A DNA stretch of 64,000 bases from Eubacteriales bacterium (lineage in GTDB: Bacteria > Bacillota > Clostridia > Oscillospirales > CAG-272), in assembly GCA_045649925.1 (NCBI GenBank), contig JAZRQS010000002.1, positions 1,072 to 65,071 on the forward strand, given 5' to 3'. Positions 38,403 through 49,267 of the stretch are shown piece by piece. A program made the translations under genes and the position numbers. Under the pieces are notes generated by a model that was not told the DNA's origin, made no database searches, and was given only the letters and a program-made list of their open reading frames with translations. How positions within the stretch are numbered: the first letter of the stretch is position 1; every line of letters starts with the position of its first letter.

Positions 38403-39962
38403 TTACTCGGTCACGCCGAGTTCTGCGTCAAGTCGGTAGGTGGCAGAGGAGGGTACGCTGACGTTTATTACAGCGCTTCTGTCACTACCCTCACCAAGTG
38501 CGGGGAGTACGCTCTCACGATAGGCGTTTTCAGCCGACTTCAGCTTCAGCTCTATTTCCTCGGAGCTTCCGAGGTCGCACCTTACGTTGCCGTTGAAGAT
38601 GAAGTATATGCGCTGTGTATTTGCAAAACTGACGTATGAGATATGTCCAAGACCCCTGTAGTCTGCAAGTGCTTGGGTTACCTCCTTTACGTAAGTCGCA
38701 TTTGCGTTGAATTTTATAGTCTGCCCGGCTTTTTCGACGGAAAACGACGGCAATGCGAGCTTTGTCAAGGTGTCCGACTCAAACTCCTCGTCTTGCCCGT
38801 ATATGTGTAACACTTTAAGCTCAGAGGACATAACGTAGACAATCCCCTCGTTGTCAAGGGCATAATATCTCGGGCTGTCGTAGAAGACAGACACATTAAG
38901 ACGGCGAGGGTATTTTCCCTCTATTTTAACATCCTCGACAAGCGCAGAGATTTCCTTTATCTCGTCTGAGAGCTTGCCTTCATTGAGAGTTACATAGGAT
39001 TTGCCCTCATATTTCTCGCATATCTCGATAATGCTCGAATTTATTGAGGCGATATCTGCTGTCTTTACTGTGACCTTTGTTATTTTGGTAGATGCGCCTA
39101 TGCAGAGCAAAAGCGTGGCAATAGCAAGCACAAGCGATACCAGAATACAAATTCCTGTGAGCGGGGAAATTCTGTGTCGCTTCGGCAAGGGCGGTAAAAG
39201 TATTACCTCCTCTGCATCTACGGGTACAAATACTCGTTTTCTCTTTTGAGCGAGATTTGGTGTCCTGCCGGCTCTTAAGTCTTGGTTTTTGGTGCTTGCA
39301 AGGGCTATTTTTGCCTCTCTCTGCTTTTCGGGGGCACGCTTTTCATTTGCGCTCGGACGTGCCTGCGCACCTGAATTTCTCACACTTCTCACGCTTGCCC
39401 ACTCGCTTGACTTAGTGCTCGCTCTAGGAGCTTCTGCCGTATTCCTGACAGGCGCAGGAGGTTTTCTTACGCCCTGCACTCCCTGTGTGCTTGCTACTTG
39501 CTGGGGATTTCTCTGAGGCGCTCTATCGACCACAGGAGCTCTTCTTACAGGATCGACAGGTCGTGCGGAGGCAGATGTGCGACGCCATTGCTGTATGTCA
39601 ACGGGGGAAACACGACGGCGAGAGGATGTCATAAGCTCGGTGTCCTGCTCGTTTATCGAATTGAAGTTTATGTTCTTCTCACGAGTGTAGCTATCCACTC
39701 TGCTGAATTCTGAGAGCACGTCACGGCTCTTCTGGTTTCCTGTGTTGGCAGGGGAGGGGACACGATTTGCATCGACTCCTCTTGCTTTCTCTTGTGATTT
39801 ATTTGAGGGCGAGTGTGACTGCTCGCGCACCTTTGCATTAGCGGCGGTGACCCACTCAGAGCTTGAATTTTTATTTTGATTTGACGCATATCGCTTGGCA
39901 GAGATGTCGCTTACCGCCTCTGCGACAATAGTCTTTTCAAAATCGAGCTTGTCCTCTTTCAT
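38403..39962 (-). CDS. ftsQ: FtsQ/DivIB-like protein with very long N-terminal low-complexity domain
   Basis: Position between murG and ftsZ; single TM near aa 270-290, then POTRA-like (VEDVKIEGKYPRRLNV) and beta domain. Confidence 0.65.
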   Translation of the reverse strand: MKEDKLDFEKTIVAEAVSDISAKRYASNQNKNSSSEWVTAANAKVREQSHSPSNKSQEKARGVDANRVPSPANTGNQKSRDVLSEFSRVDSYTREKNINFNSINEQDTELMTSSRRRVSPVDIQQWRRTSASARPVDPVRRAPVVDRAPQRNPQQVASTQGVQGVRKPPAPVRNTAEAPRASTKSSEWASVRSVRNSGAQARPSANEKRAPEKQREAKIALASTKNQDLRAGRTPNLAQKRKRVFVPVDAEEVILLPPLPKRHRISPLTGICILVSLVLAIATLLLCIGASTKITKVTVKTADIASINSSIIEICEKYEGKSYVTLNEGKLSDEIKEISALVEDVKIEGKYPRRLNVSVFYDSPRYYALDNEGIVYVMSSELKVLHIYGQDEEFESDTLTKLALPSFSVEKAGQTIKFNANATYVKEVTQALADYRGLGHISYVSFANTQRIYFIFNGNVRCDLGSSEEIELKLKSAENAYRESVLPALGEGSDRSAVINVSVPSSATYRLDAELGVTE

Positions 39963-39973
39963 TTTTTACCTCT

Positions 39974-41086
39974 TTATTTTTTCTTTGTCAGCTTCATTAT
40001 CTCCTCGAAGACCCTGCGGTTTGCATCAGGGTGAGCAAACTGCTTTACGTTTGACTCCATAGCTTCGCGAAGCTCTTTATTTTCTATAACATTTTTTACG
40101 TGATTTGTCAATAGGGCAGAGCAAAGTTGTGCTTCTTCGACAAGAATAGCCGCATTTTTGTCGGCGAGGGCCTCTGCATTTTTCTTTTGATGTCCGTCTG
40201 TCGCCAAGGGATAGGGTACGAGTATGCTCGCCCTTCCCACGAGCGAAAGCTCGGATATTGTCATTGCGCCTGCACGTGATATTACGACGTCTGCCGCACT
40301 CATCAGGGTAGGCATATTGTTTATATAGGGCAGGAGCTTTATTCTTTCGCTCGGAGCTTTTATAAGGGAGGCGAGCTTTTCCTTGCACTCGTCGTAGTTT
40401 TCTTCACCTGTCGAGTGAATATGATATACATGCTCGTTTTCCTCACAGAAGCTCGCCATCATCTCTATACACGTGTCGTTGAGCGCCTTTGCTCCACGAC
40501 TTCCTCCAAAGGAAAGTATGAGCCTGTCTGTGTCACCAAGACCAAGCTCGCGTCGTGCCTCTTTTCTGTCTATGGTAGAAAATCCTGTTCGCATAGGATT
40601 TCCCGTCACCACGCACTTTTCAGGAGATTGCAGCCTTTTTGCCCCCTCCTCGAAATTGAGCATAATGCAGTCCATATACTTTTCAAGCATTCGCACAGTA
40701 AGACCTGCATATGCATTTGACTCGTGGATAGCGGTCGGGATATTACACATCGCCGCCGCACGTAAAACAGGCCAGGAGACGTATCCTCCGGTTCCTACTA
40801 CTACGTCGGGCTGGAGCTTCTTTATCAGGCGCTTGGTTTTCAGGGGAGAGTAGAATGCGAGCCACAGAGCGTACAGGTTTTTGGGAGTGAGCTTTCGCTC
40901 AATGCCGAGTGCCTGCGCATGATAGATAGGAAAGCCCTCGCGCTTGACGAGCCTGTTTTCCATTCCCTTTTTTGTACCGATGAAGAAAATTTCCGCATCG
41001 CTTATATTCTCTTTTATTATCTGAGCTATGGCAATGGCGGGATTTACATGTCCCGCCGTTCCACCGCCTGTAAGAATAATTCTCAT
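39974..41086 (-). CDS. murG: MurG glycosyltransferase
   Basis: GGGTAGHVNPA, GTGGYVS, HESN, TGNP, GGSRGA, SRAGA, HQ..NA. Confidence 0.97.
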   Translation of the reverse strand: MRIILTGGGTAGHVNPAIAIAQIIKENISDAEIFFIGTKKGMENRLVKREGFPIYHAQALGIERKLTPKNLYALWLAFYSPLKTKRLIKKLQPDVVVGTGGYVSWPVLRAAAMCNIPTAIHESNAYAGLTVRMLEKYMDCIMLNFEEGAKRLQSPEKCVVTGNPMRTGFSTIDRKEARRELGLGDTDRLILSFGGSRGAKALNDTCIEMMASFCEENEHVYHIHSTGEENYDECKEKLASLIKAPSERIKLLPYINNMPTLMSAADVVISRAGAMTISELSLVGRASILVPYPLATDGHQKKNAEALADKNAAILVEEAQLCSALLTNHVKNVIENKELREAMESNVKQFAHPDANRRVFEEIMKLTKKK

Positions 41087-41112
41087 ATTATCTCCTTGTG
41101 GCGTATATGTAT

Positions 41113-42645
41113 TTATCTGTATTTCAGGTGAGAGCTTCTGGATACGGAGAGCAGAATTCCCATTTCAGCAAATAGCATTACAAGAGAAGTACCACCATAG
41201 CTGAAGAAGGGGAGAGCAATTCCTGTATTCGGGAATGTGTTTGTTACAACTGCAATGTTGAGCAAAACCTGAACAGCGACCTGCGTCGTTATTCCAAATG
41301 CAGTTACACGAGAGAATGTGTCTCGGTTTGTTTTCGCTATATGATAGCCTCGCCATACGAACAGGGCGAAAAGCGCCATTATCGCGGCGGCGCCTACAAA
41401 GCCGAGCTCCTCGCAGGTTATGGTGAAGATAAAGTCGTTTGCAGGCTCGGATACATAGCTGTATTTCATTCTGCTGTTTCCAAGGCCGAGACCGAAAAAT
41501 CCGCCTGAGCCTATTGCATTCAGACCCTGAAGCGTCTGCCAGCCTCCCCCCTGCGCATCTTTGGTGGGGTCAAACCATATCACAAGACGCCGTCTTGTGT
41601 AGGGAATTGCTACTGCAAGTATGGCTACACCGAGAAGTCCGCATCCGCAAATGTAGCCGAGCAGCTTCTGCTCAGAGCCTGAGGCGTACATTATCATCAT
41701 TCCTATACAGCCGAGAATGATAAGGCAGGAAAGATGCTTTTCAAGCATTACAAGACCTGCAGTGACTCCTATAAGCAAAAACGGATAGAGAATACCATAG
41801 AAAAAAGCCATTCTCTTGTTTGAGTAGTTTGTTATCCTGTCCTCGAATACCGAGTAGTACCATGCGAGTATCAGCACCAGAGCCATCTTCGCTACCTCGG
41901 AGGGCTGGAATGATATAGGACCTATCGCTATCCATCTCTGTGCGCCGTTTCCTGCAAAGCCCATTACAAGCACGAGCACGAGCAAAACGAGCGAAACACC
42001 GAAAAATCCGCGGGATACCATCTTGTAAAAGGCGGGAGTAAACAGCGAGGCGACAAACATTGCCACAAGTCCTATCAAGACGAATGTGATCTGCTTTTTT
42101 ACAAAGTGCAGGCTGTCGCCGTATCTCGTCTGCGCAAAGGCGTAGCTTGCGCTGAATACCATTACAGAGCCTATGCACACGAGTATGCATATAATCAGCA
42201 CCATTACCCTGTCCACACCTGCGCTGGTCTTGGGATAGAATTTCTTGTCCTTAAAATTGATACCGCCAAACAGCGCTCTCCACAAAAACGAAAGAGGCTT
42301 TGGCATCTTCTTTATAGCAGAGGGGAGTTCACTTTCCTTGCCAAGCGCTTCGGAAACTGAGATCTCGTCGTCATATCGCAAAAATTCCTTGATCGACATT
42401 TTTTGGCGCCCCTCGCTCGCACTTACCGAGCTTGTCAGAGTGCTTGCACGACCAAACCCCGCCACGCTAATTTCCTTCTCGTCAAGCTCTACGCCATCGT
42501 TTGAGCCTTCACTGTCAAGGATGACTTGTGTGTCGGTAATTACCTCCGCCCCATCAGGCTCGCTTATATTTTTTGTATCAGGTGTCTTGCCAAAGCTGAC
42601 ACTGTCTACACTTGTATATGAATTATCCTTGTCTTGCATCGGCAA
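41113..42645 (-). CDS. ftsW: SEDS protein FtsW/SpoVE with long N-terminal extension
   Basis: MVFSAS, GAQRW, QPSE..K, AIGSGG..G.G, DFIF..EELG, PNTG..LPFFSYGG. Confidence 0.92.
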   Translation of the reverse strand: MPMQDKDNSYTSVDSVSFGKTPDTKNISEPDGAEVITDTQVILDSEGSNDGVELDEKEISVAGFGRASTLTSSVSASEGRQKMSIKEFLRYDDEISVSEALGKESELPSAIKKMPKPLSFLWRALFGGINFKDKKFYPKTSAGVDRVMVLIICILVCIGSVMVFSASYAFAQTRYGDSLHFVKKQITFVLIGLVAMFVASLFTPAFYKMVSRGFFGVSLVLLVLVLVMGFAGNGAQRWIAIGPISFQPSEVAKMALVLILAWYYSVFEDRITNYSNKRMAFFYGILYPFLLIGVTAGLVMLEKHLSCLIILGCIGMMIMYASGSEQKLLGYICGCGLLGVAILAVAIPYTRRRLVIWFDPTKDAQGGGWQTLQGLNAIGSGGFFGLGLGNSRMKYSYVSEPANDFIFTITCEELGFVGAAAIMALFALFVWRGYHIAKTNRDTFSRVTAFGITTQVAVQVLLNIAVVTNTFPNTGIALPFFSYGGTSLVMLFAEMGILLSVSRSSHLKYR

Positions 42646-42757
42646 GCTCTCCTTTTCTTTTATGTCTTTTTGATTATATCGAAGCCGTATTGAAGCCTAA
42701 TACTATATAATAAATATATTGAAGCTTTTCGTATCGTTACTGAATTATTCCAGAGCT

Positions 42758-43750
42758 CTATTTCAAGCCGAAAAATGCGACACAGCAGAGGATCAGTGTT
42801 GTAGCTGACGCGACCGCCACTATCTTTATCTCGCTCCATCCACACTGCTCAAAGTGATGATGAATAGGCGTCATCTTGAATATGCGCTTGCCGTGTCTGA
42901 GCTTGTATGAGGAAACCTGAAGAATTACAGACAGACCCTCAAGCACGTATATAAAGCCTACAAGCACTATGATAAGAGGATTTCCTATCATAAATGCAGA
43001 GCCACACACGAGCGCACCGAGGAAAAGCGAGCCCGTATCGCCCATAAATATCTTGGCAGGATAGAAGTTATACACGAGAAATCCGAGTGTGACTCCAGAT
43101 ATAGCGCCTGCAAGTATGACACTTGATATAAGGTCATACCTGAATGCCGCTACGGCAAAAAACGCGCCCACTATCATAGTGACAGAGGAGGCAAGACCGT
43201 CAATTCCGTCGGTAAGATTTACACAGTTTACTGTGCCGAGGCAGACCAAAATAGCGAAGAAATAGTATGCAAAGCCCAAATCAACGATTACGTCAAAAAA
43301 CGGAATATAGAGCGATGTGTCGATTACCCCGTACAGCTTCAACAGCGCTATGTAAGCACCTGAAAACGTGAGCTGGAGCACTATCTTCTGCAGGACAGTA
43401 AGTCCCTCGTTCTGTTTTTTCTTCAGCTTGGTGAGGTCGTCTACGATTCCTACAGCGCCGTTTGCAAGAGCGAACAAAAGCGTCAGGGCGAGAGGGAGTA
43501 TATATTCAAACGAATACTCAAGGCTTGCTATAGCGCCGAGCGCTATGCATACAATCGCCACTACGACAAGGAAAACGATACCACCCATCGTAGGCGTGTT
43601 TTCCTTTCCCTTGTGCCAGCGAGGACCTATGTCGAGTATCTTTTGCCCTACCTTCATGCTCTTCAGCTTGGGTATTATATATCGTGTTAGAAGTGCAGTA
43701 AATATAAAAACTGAAATGAGTGATATAAGGTAGTATGCAATAGTCGGCAT
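42758..43750 (-). CDS. mraY: Phospho-MurNAc-pentapeptide transferase
   Basis: TPTMGG, DD, NLTDGIDGL, PAKIFMGDTGS, PIHHHFE. Confidence 0.97.
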   Translation of the reverse strand: MPTIAYYLISLISVFIFTALLTRYIIPKLKSMKVGQKILDIGPRWHKGKENTPTMGGIVFLVVVAIVCIALGAIASLEYSFEYILPLALTLLFALANGAVGIVDDLTKLKKKQNEGLTVLQKIVLQLTFSGAYIALLKLYGVIDTSLYIPFFDVIVDLGFAYYFFAILVCLGTVNCVNLTDGIDGLASSVTMIVGAFFAVAAFRYDLISSVILAGAISGVTLGFLVYNFYPAKIFMGDTGSLFLGALVCGSAFMIGNPLIIVLVGFIYVLEGLSVILQVSSYKLRHGKRIFKMTPIHHHFEQCGWSEIKIVAVASATTLILCCVAFFGLK

Positions 43751-43821
43751 GGCATTTTCCTTTCTTTGCTTTTTTGTGTCGTCTTATCAATTTGATAAGC
43801 TTGTTTATTACTTTTATTATA

Positions 43822-45222
43822 CTACATATTTATATGTTGCGCAAGATATTTTATTACTCTGTCTGCACCTATTGAAAAAGATGCCTTCACGAGCAATATG
43901 TCATTTGGCTCAAGCTGGCTGAGTATCGTCTCGCCACATTTTTCCACGTCGTTTATGTCCTCGATAGAGAAAATGCTTTCCGCAGGCATTCCTGCTCTGC
44001 GAGCGCCATCTGCATAGCCGAGCGCATTCTTGCCAAAGGTGAATAGCAGGGAAATACCCTTTTTCGTTATGTATTCTCCCACGCCCTCGTGCATTGCCTG
44101 TGAGCCGTCGCCAAGCTCGCGCATATCTCCGAGCAGGGCGAGTGTCCTCGCCTTTTTGCTCTCGCCAAGCGCATAAAGCACATCCGAGGCGGCTCTCATT
44201 GACTCAGGCGCCGCATTGTAGCAGTCGTCAAGTATGCACACATCGCCAAGATTGTATATGCTCTGGCGTCTTTTTACATTTGTGAATGACAAGAGCCCGC
44301 GCCTTATTTCGTCAGCTGACATACCGAGCTTGCTCGCTACGATGCAAGCGTAGAGCGCACCCCACACAAGATGTCGACCTATGGCAGGGATGGTCATTCT
44401 ATCGACCTTGTCTCCATGGATAAAGTCAAATTCCGTTGAGGTGTCGTTTATTTCTATGTTTTTAGCGCTGTATTCGCCATTACCCTCAAGACAGGCGAAA
44501 ACAGGCTTGTAGCCGTTATAATCATATCGTGTGAGCAGAGGCTCGTCGCCGTTTACTATGACCTCGCTACCCACCTTCATGCCGTTTACAATTTCCATTT
44601 TTGCTCGGCAGATGTTTTCTCTCGTCTTTAAAAATTCAAGATGTGACGAGCCTATCATGGTTACTACGGCAAGGTCGGGGCGAGCTATTTTAGAGAGATA
44701 GTCAATATCCCCTGGTCCGTCCATTCCCATTTCTACGACACATACATCGGCGTCCTCAGGAGTAGCAAGCAGAGTAAGAGGCAAGCCTATTTCGCTGTTT
44801 GCATTTCCTTCGGTCTTGTGTAGCTTGAATTTTTCTTTCAGTACGGCAGAAATGAATTCCTTCGTTGTGGTTTTTCCCACGCTTCCCGTTACCGCTACTG
44901 TTGTGCGTCGGTGTGAGATGTGACAGCCCTTTGCAAGCTCGCCGAGAGCATACAGCGTGTTTTCGCATATTATGGCGGAGACACCGATGTCCTCGCATCT
45001 CTCACACATTATAGCAGATGCGCCGTTTTCTTTGGCGCGAGATATATAGTCGTGTCCGTCTACCTTTTCTCCCTTGAATGCGAGGAAAAGGTCACCCCCA
45101 CACACCTCTCTTGAGTCCGTAGCTATTCCATATATTTCTGTCGTCTCACATCCTATAGTGCGAGCTTTACAGTAATGAGCTATTTCCTTTACGCTGAGCG
45201 GACGGGGAAGAACTATTCTCAT
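43822..45222 (-). CDS. murF: UDP-MurNAc-tripeptide D-Ala-D-Ala ligase
   Basis: DSR, TGSVGKTTTKE, IGLPLT, EMGM, DDCYNA.PES, LGDMRELG, LVKAS. Confidence 0.95.
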   Translation of the reverse strand: MRIVLPRPLSVKEIAHYCKARTIGCETTEIYGIATDSREVCGGDLFLAFKGEKVDGHDYISRAKENGASAIMCERCEDIGVSAIICENTLYALGELAKGCHISHRRTTVAVTGSVGKTTTKEFISAVLKEKFKLHKTEGNANSEIGLPLTLLATPEDADVCVVEMGMDGPGDIDYLSKIARPDLAVVTMIGSSHLEFLKTRENICRAKMEIVNGMKVGSEVIVNGDEPLLTRYDYNGYKPVFACLEGNGEYSAKNIEINDTSTEFDFIHGDKVDRMTIPAIGRHLVWGALYACIVASKLGMSADEIRRGLLSFTNVKRRQSIYNLGDVCILDDCYNAAPESMRAASDVLYALGESKKARTLALLGDMRELGDGSQAMHEGVGEYITKKGISLLFTFGKNALGYADGARRAGMPAESIFSIEDINDVEKCGETILSQLEPNDILLVKASFSIGADRVIKYLAQHINM

Positions 45223-46736
45223 TTTTTATTATCTCCTTTTTTGCGATTATGTTGCGCCTCTTGTACTATTTTTCGCTCGTCAAATGGGAATGTTCCCGAG
45301 TCGTCTATCTGATAGCACTCGTGTCCCTTGCCTGCGAGAATTATTACATCGCCCTTTTTCGCATTTAATATGGCGTATTCTATTGCCTTTTGTCTGTCAA
45401 GTATAACTCTGCGACGGTCGATGTCACTCATTCCGCCGATAATATCTCTTATTATCTCTTTTGGCTTTTCGTTTCGTGGATTGTCCGTCGTCACTATTAC
45501 AAAATCAGCGAGCGATTCTGCCGTTTTTCCCATTGGAGCTCTTTTGCTCTTATCTCTGTCTCCACCACACCCAAAGACAAGGACTATCCGTCCCTTTTCA
45601 CCTCTGTATCCCTGCATTGAATTAAGGAGATTTCGCAGAGCCTCCTCGGTGTGCGCATAGTCGATATAGACGGAGTATCCCTCGTCATATTCAAGCTCAA
45701 CCTTTTCAAGCCTGCCTGAAATGCTCGTCATTTCTCCTATAGCTTCCTTTGCACACTCCAGCTCCACCCCTGACAATAGGGCACAGCTTATTGCAAGGAG
45801 CGAGTTATATACTGTAAAAATGGCGGGAATGGAGCATTTTATCTCCGTATCTCCGTATGGGGAGGAGTAGATGTACTCGACGCCCTGTCCTTTTGATAGA
45901 AGAATACGCTTAGCCGAGTATTCGGCATCGGACTTCGCTGAGCATTTTGCGACAGTGCAGTATGAGGAGCTTATCAGCGCCTTTGCATGCTCGCTATCGC
46001 AGTTGAAAATTCCGTATCTGCACTGGCGAAACAGCTTTGCCTTCGCCATTTTATATTCGTCCATTGTTTTGTGAAAGTCGAGATGCTCCGGCGCAAGATT
46101 TGTAAATACAGCGCACTCGAAAAATATGGGAGCGACTCGCTCAAGATATAAGGCGTGGGAGGATATCTCCATTACCACATGTGTGACACCCTCGTCGTAC
46201 ATTCTTTTGAGTATCTCGTAGAGGATTTCGGGGATAGGCGTGGTCATGCTTTTGAGTCGGTCGTGTCGGGTGTCGCTGTCGGGCAGGCTGAATACCCTGT
46301 CACCTATAAGACATTCTACTGTGCCTATAAGACCTACCTTGTAGCCTGCCTTGCAAAGAATGCTTCTCAACATGTACGAGGTCGAAGTCTTCCCGTTTGT
46401 ACCCGTAATGCCTATTATCTTCATTTTGTCACAGCACGAGCCGTAATACCTTGAATATGCATACGAGAGGGAAGCCCTTGCGTTTTCCACCTCGAATATC
46501 GGTAGCCCCTCTATGTGCTCGTATTCTGAATTTTTCTCCACTATTATGGCGACAGCGCCCTGTCTTTTGATGTATTTGAGCATCATCTGTGGGTTGTAAT
46601 TGCTCCCACGAACGCAGATAAACAGACACCCTGCGTCAATTTTTGAGGTGTCTGACGACAAACAGCTTACCTCAATGTCGTCTGCAGAGAAAAGGGAAGT
46701 GTACTCGTCGGGATATAAGAGCTCAGATAATTTCAT
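45219..46736 (-). CDS. murE: UDP-MurNAc-dipeptide mDAP ligase
   Basis: GITGTNGKTS, TTP, MEISSH, HLDFH, DYAHT, DNPR (mDAP-type), AGKGHE. Confidence 0.96.
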   Translation of the reverse strand: MKLSELLYPDEYTSLFSADDIEVSCLSSDTSKIDAGCLFICVRGSNYNPQMMLKYIKRQGAVAIIVEKNSEYEHIEGLPIFEVENARASLSYAYSRYYGSCCDKMKIIGITGTNGKTSTSYMLRSILCKAGYKVGLIGTVECLIGDRVFSLPDSDTRHDRLKSMTTPIPEILYEILKRMYDEGVTHVVMEISSHALYLERVAPIFFECAVFTNLAPEHLDFHKTMDEYKMAKAKLFRQCRYGIFNCDSEHAKALISSSYCTVAKCSAKSDAEYSAKRILLSKGQGVEYIYSSPYGDTEIKCSIPAIFTVYNSLLAISCALLSGVELECAKEAIGEMTSISGRLEKVELEYDEGYSVYIDYAHTEEALRNLLNSMQGYRGEKGRIVLVFGCGGDRDKSKRAPMGKTAESLADFVIVTTDNPRNEKPKEIIRDIIGGMSDIDRRRVILDRQKAIEYAILNAKKGDVIILAGKGHECYQIDDSGTFPFDERKIVQEAQHNRKKGDNKK

Positions 46737-46887
46737 ATGTCACCTCGTAAAAGATTTTTACCCTTTATAGCTCGGTGCTTTGATTATCCCTTATTCTCGT
46801 TATCCTTGAATTACAGTATATCCCTTGTCTTGTAAATTTCTGAAAACGGGAGTATATTTTCGTATTGTAATATACCCCCGTCGCTTG

Positions 46888-49161
46888 TCAGTCTCTGTCG
46901 TCGTACAGGAATCGTACTGTTACGACAGTTCCGCGGTCAACAGATGTACCTGCGGCTATAGATTGATATGTAGCTCTCGCAAACTCCGTTTCGCTTATCG
47001 CATAGTTCTGCGAGCCTTCTATTTTGATATTAAGACCTCTTGAAATTAGTATCTGATTTGCTTCCGTTACGCTCTTGCCGATAAGGTCGGGCACTACTGC
47101 ATTTGAAGTACTGTTGTAAGCAGTATAGAGTATTACAGTGCCCATTCCTTTTGTGAGAGCAGTGCCCGAGCGAGGTGTCTGTGCAGTTATGACCTCGTCA
47201 TCACCTGCAGAGCCAAAGTCACAGGAAAGACCGAGCTTGCTTATAAGGCGCTTTGCCTCACCTACAGTCTTGCCCACATAATTGCCTATATTAACACTCA
47301 TGGAAGCGAGCTGCTCATCTGTATAGTTAGGCTCGTAACCAAGATAGGGCATTACCTTGGACAAAAGGTCGGATATGTAAGGCGCCGATACAGTAGCTCC
47401 GTAGAAGTTTACTGTAGGCTCGTCGACGATTATGATTACTGCAATTGAAGAATTGACATAGGGAGCATATGCTACACAGGAGCCTATGCGGAGTGTGTAG
47501 TTTCCGTTTTTATCGGGCTTGTCGAGCTTTTCACTCGTTCCCGTCTTTGCCGCAATTCTGTAGCCTGCGACATATGCATTCTTCGATGCACCATTTCCCG
47601 ATACGCCTTCTTCAAGTATTGCGCTGACAGTCTCTGCTGTCTGCCTTGATATAACCTGTCTTTTTATTGTGGTTTCGTGCTTGTATACTACATTGTTGTC
47701 CTCGTCGATAAGTGAGTCTATAAGGTGAGGCGTGACGAGGTATCCGCCGTTTGCCACCGCACATATAGCAGTAAGCTGCTGAAGTGCAGTAACCTTGAAT
47801 CGCTGACCAAAGGAAGCGACTGCGAGCTCTACAGAGCCGAGTCCGCTCTTGTTGTGGAATATAGTTGCGCTTTCACTTGGGAGGTCGACGTTGGTTTTTT
47901 CAAGATAGCCGAACATTCCAAAGTATTTGTAGAAGTTCTCTGTGCCTATTCTCTCTGCGAGCTGCATAAGAGTAGGGTTGCAGGACTGCTGAAGTCCGTA
48001 AGCAAATGTTATTCCTGAGCCGTGAGAGTTGGGGGAGCGCCAGCACTTGATTTTTACGCCACCAACTATGTGATATCCGGGGCAGGAGAAGCCGTGCTCG
48101 TTTGCCGTTGTTTTGCCGAGCTCTATGCCCATCGCCGCCGTTATTATCTTAAAGGTCGAGCCGGGCTCGTAAAGCTCGCTGACTGCCTTGTTTCTCCACA
48201 TATCGTATAGAAGGGAGGTGTTGTATCTCTGGTATTCCTCGCTACCGACCTCGTAGCCTGATGCATCAAGGAGCGCCTGAGAGAGCTCGTCAAGAGTGTA
48301 GGGACTATTCGGGTCAAAGGGTGAGGAGGTCGCCATACCGAGTATAGCGCCTGTGTTTACATCCATCACTATGCCTGTCGCCCTGTTCTTTACGTTAAAC
48401 TCGGAAACTATTTCGGCAAGCTCGTTTTCAAGCTCGCGCTGTATGTAGGAGTCAATTGTCGTAACGAGCGAAAGTCCGTCTACTGCGGGGATATAGCTTG
48501 AGTAATCGTAGGGGATTTCGTTACTGTGAGCGTCTACTGCCGTTATGTATTTTCCGTTAGTTCCTGTGAGGTCGTCGTCGTAATACATCTCAAGACCGAA
48601 AAGTCCCTGCATATCACTACCCGTAAAGCCTATAACGTGAGCGGCAAGAGTGCCGTAAGGGTAGTAGCGTGTGGTGCTCGCCTGAGTATATACCATACGC
48701 GAGAGCTTGTGCTCGACCACAAATTCCATTACCTTGTCGTAGGTATCCTCGTCTATCGACTTCACTATAGTTTCGTCGAGTCGGTTGGTCTTCTGTGTTT
48801 TTTCGTATATGGTATCGTAGGAAACTCCCGTTATCTCTGACAGTCCCTCGGATATGAGAGTTGCATAATCTGTTTTGTTCTTTTCGCTGTATTCCTTTAT
48901 ATCCTTTGGGGAAATGAAAAGACGCCATACAGTTTTGTTGGTCGCAAGCAGGTTCATATTTGCATCGTATATGTCGCCTCGCTCGGCGGTAAGAGTAGAG
49001 CTGACAGTTATCTGGTCGATTACCTTCTGCTGATACTCATCGTACTTGAACACCTGCATGTAAAATATTTTTCCGAGCAAAAATAGCATAAAAATCCCCA
49101 TAAGCGTTAGCAACACGGAGACTCTTTTTGTCATTAATTTAGTTGTATCCTTCTTCGGCAT
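46888..49161 (-). CDS. spoVD: Class B penicillin-binding protein (FtsI/SpoVD) with PASTA domains
   Basis: RG.IYD, RYYP, EPGSTFK, SCN, KTGT, C-terminal PASTA repeats; start moved to ATG 49161. Confidence 0.9.
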   Translation of the reverse strand: MPKKDTTKLMTKRVSVLLTLMGIFMLFLLGKIFYMQVFKYDEYQQKVIDQITVSSTLTAERGDIYDANMNLLATNKTVWRLFISPKDIKEYSEKNKTDYATLISEGLSEITGVSYDTIYEKTQKTNRLDETIVKSIDEDTYDKVMEFVVEHKLSRMVYTQASTTRYYPYGTLAAHVIGFTGSDMQGLFGLEMYYDDDLTGTNGKYITAVDAHSNEIPYDYSSYIPAVDGLSLVTTIDSYIQRELENELAEIVSEFNVKNRATGIVMDVNTGAILGMATSSPFDPNSPYTLDELSQALLDASGYEVGSEEYQRYNTSLLYDMWRNKAVSELYEPGSTFKIITAAMGIELGKTTANEHGFSCPGYHIVGGVKIKCWRSPNSHGSGITFAYGLQQSCNPTLMQLAERIGTENFYKYFGMFGYLEKTNVDLPSESATIFHNKSGLGSVELAVASFGQRFKVTALQQLTAICAVANGGYLVTPHLIDSLIDEDNNVVYKHETTIKRQVISRQTAETVSAILEEGVSGNGASKNAYVAGYRIAAKTGTSEKLDKPDKNGNYTLRIGSCVAYAPYVNSSIAVIIIVDEPTVNFYGATVSAPYISDLLSKVMPYLGYEPNYTDEQLASMSVNIGNYVGKTVGEAKRLISKLGLSCDFGSAGDDEVITAQTPRSGTALTKGMGTVILYTAYNSTSNAVVPDLIGKSVTEANQILISRGLNIKIEGSQNYAISETEFARATYQSIAAGTSVDRGTVVTVRFLYDDRD

Positions 49162-49267
49162 TTTCCTTTGGTAGTTCAAGCCATTTCCTCCATATAAATA
49201 GGGATAGCGATAGTTTGTATTTATCAAGCTATCGCTATATCATATTTAACTTAAACAGTTTTTATTC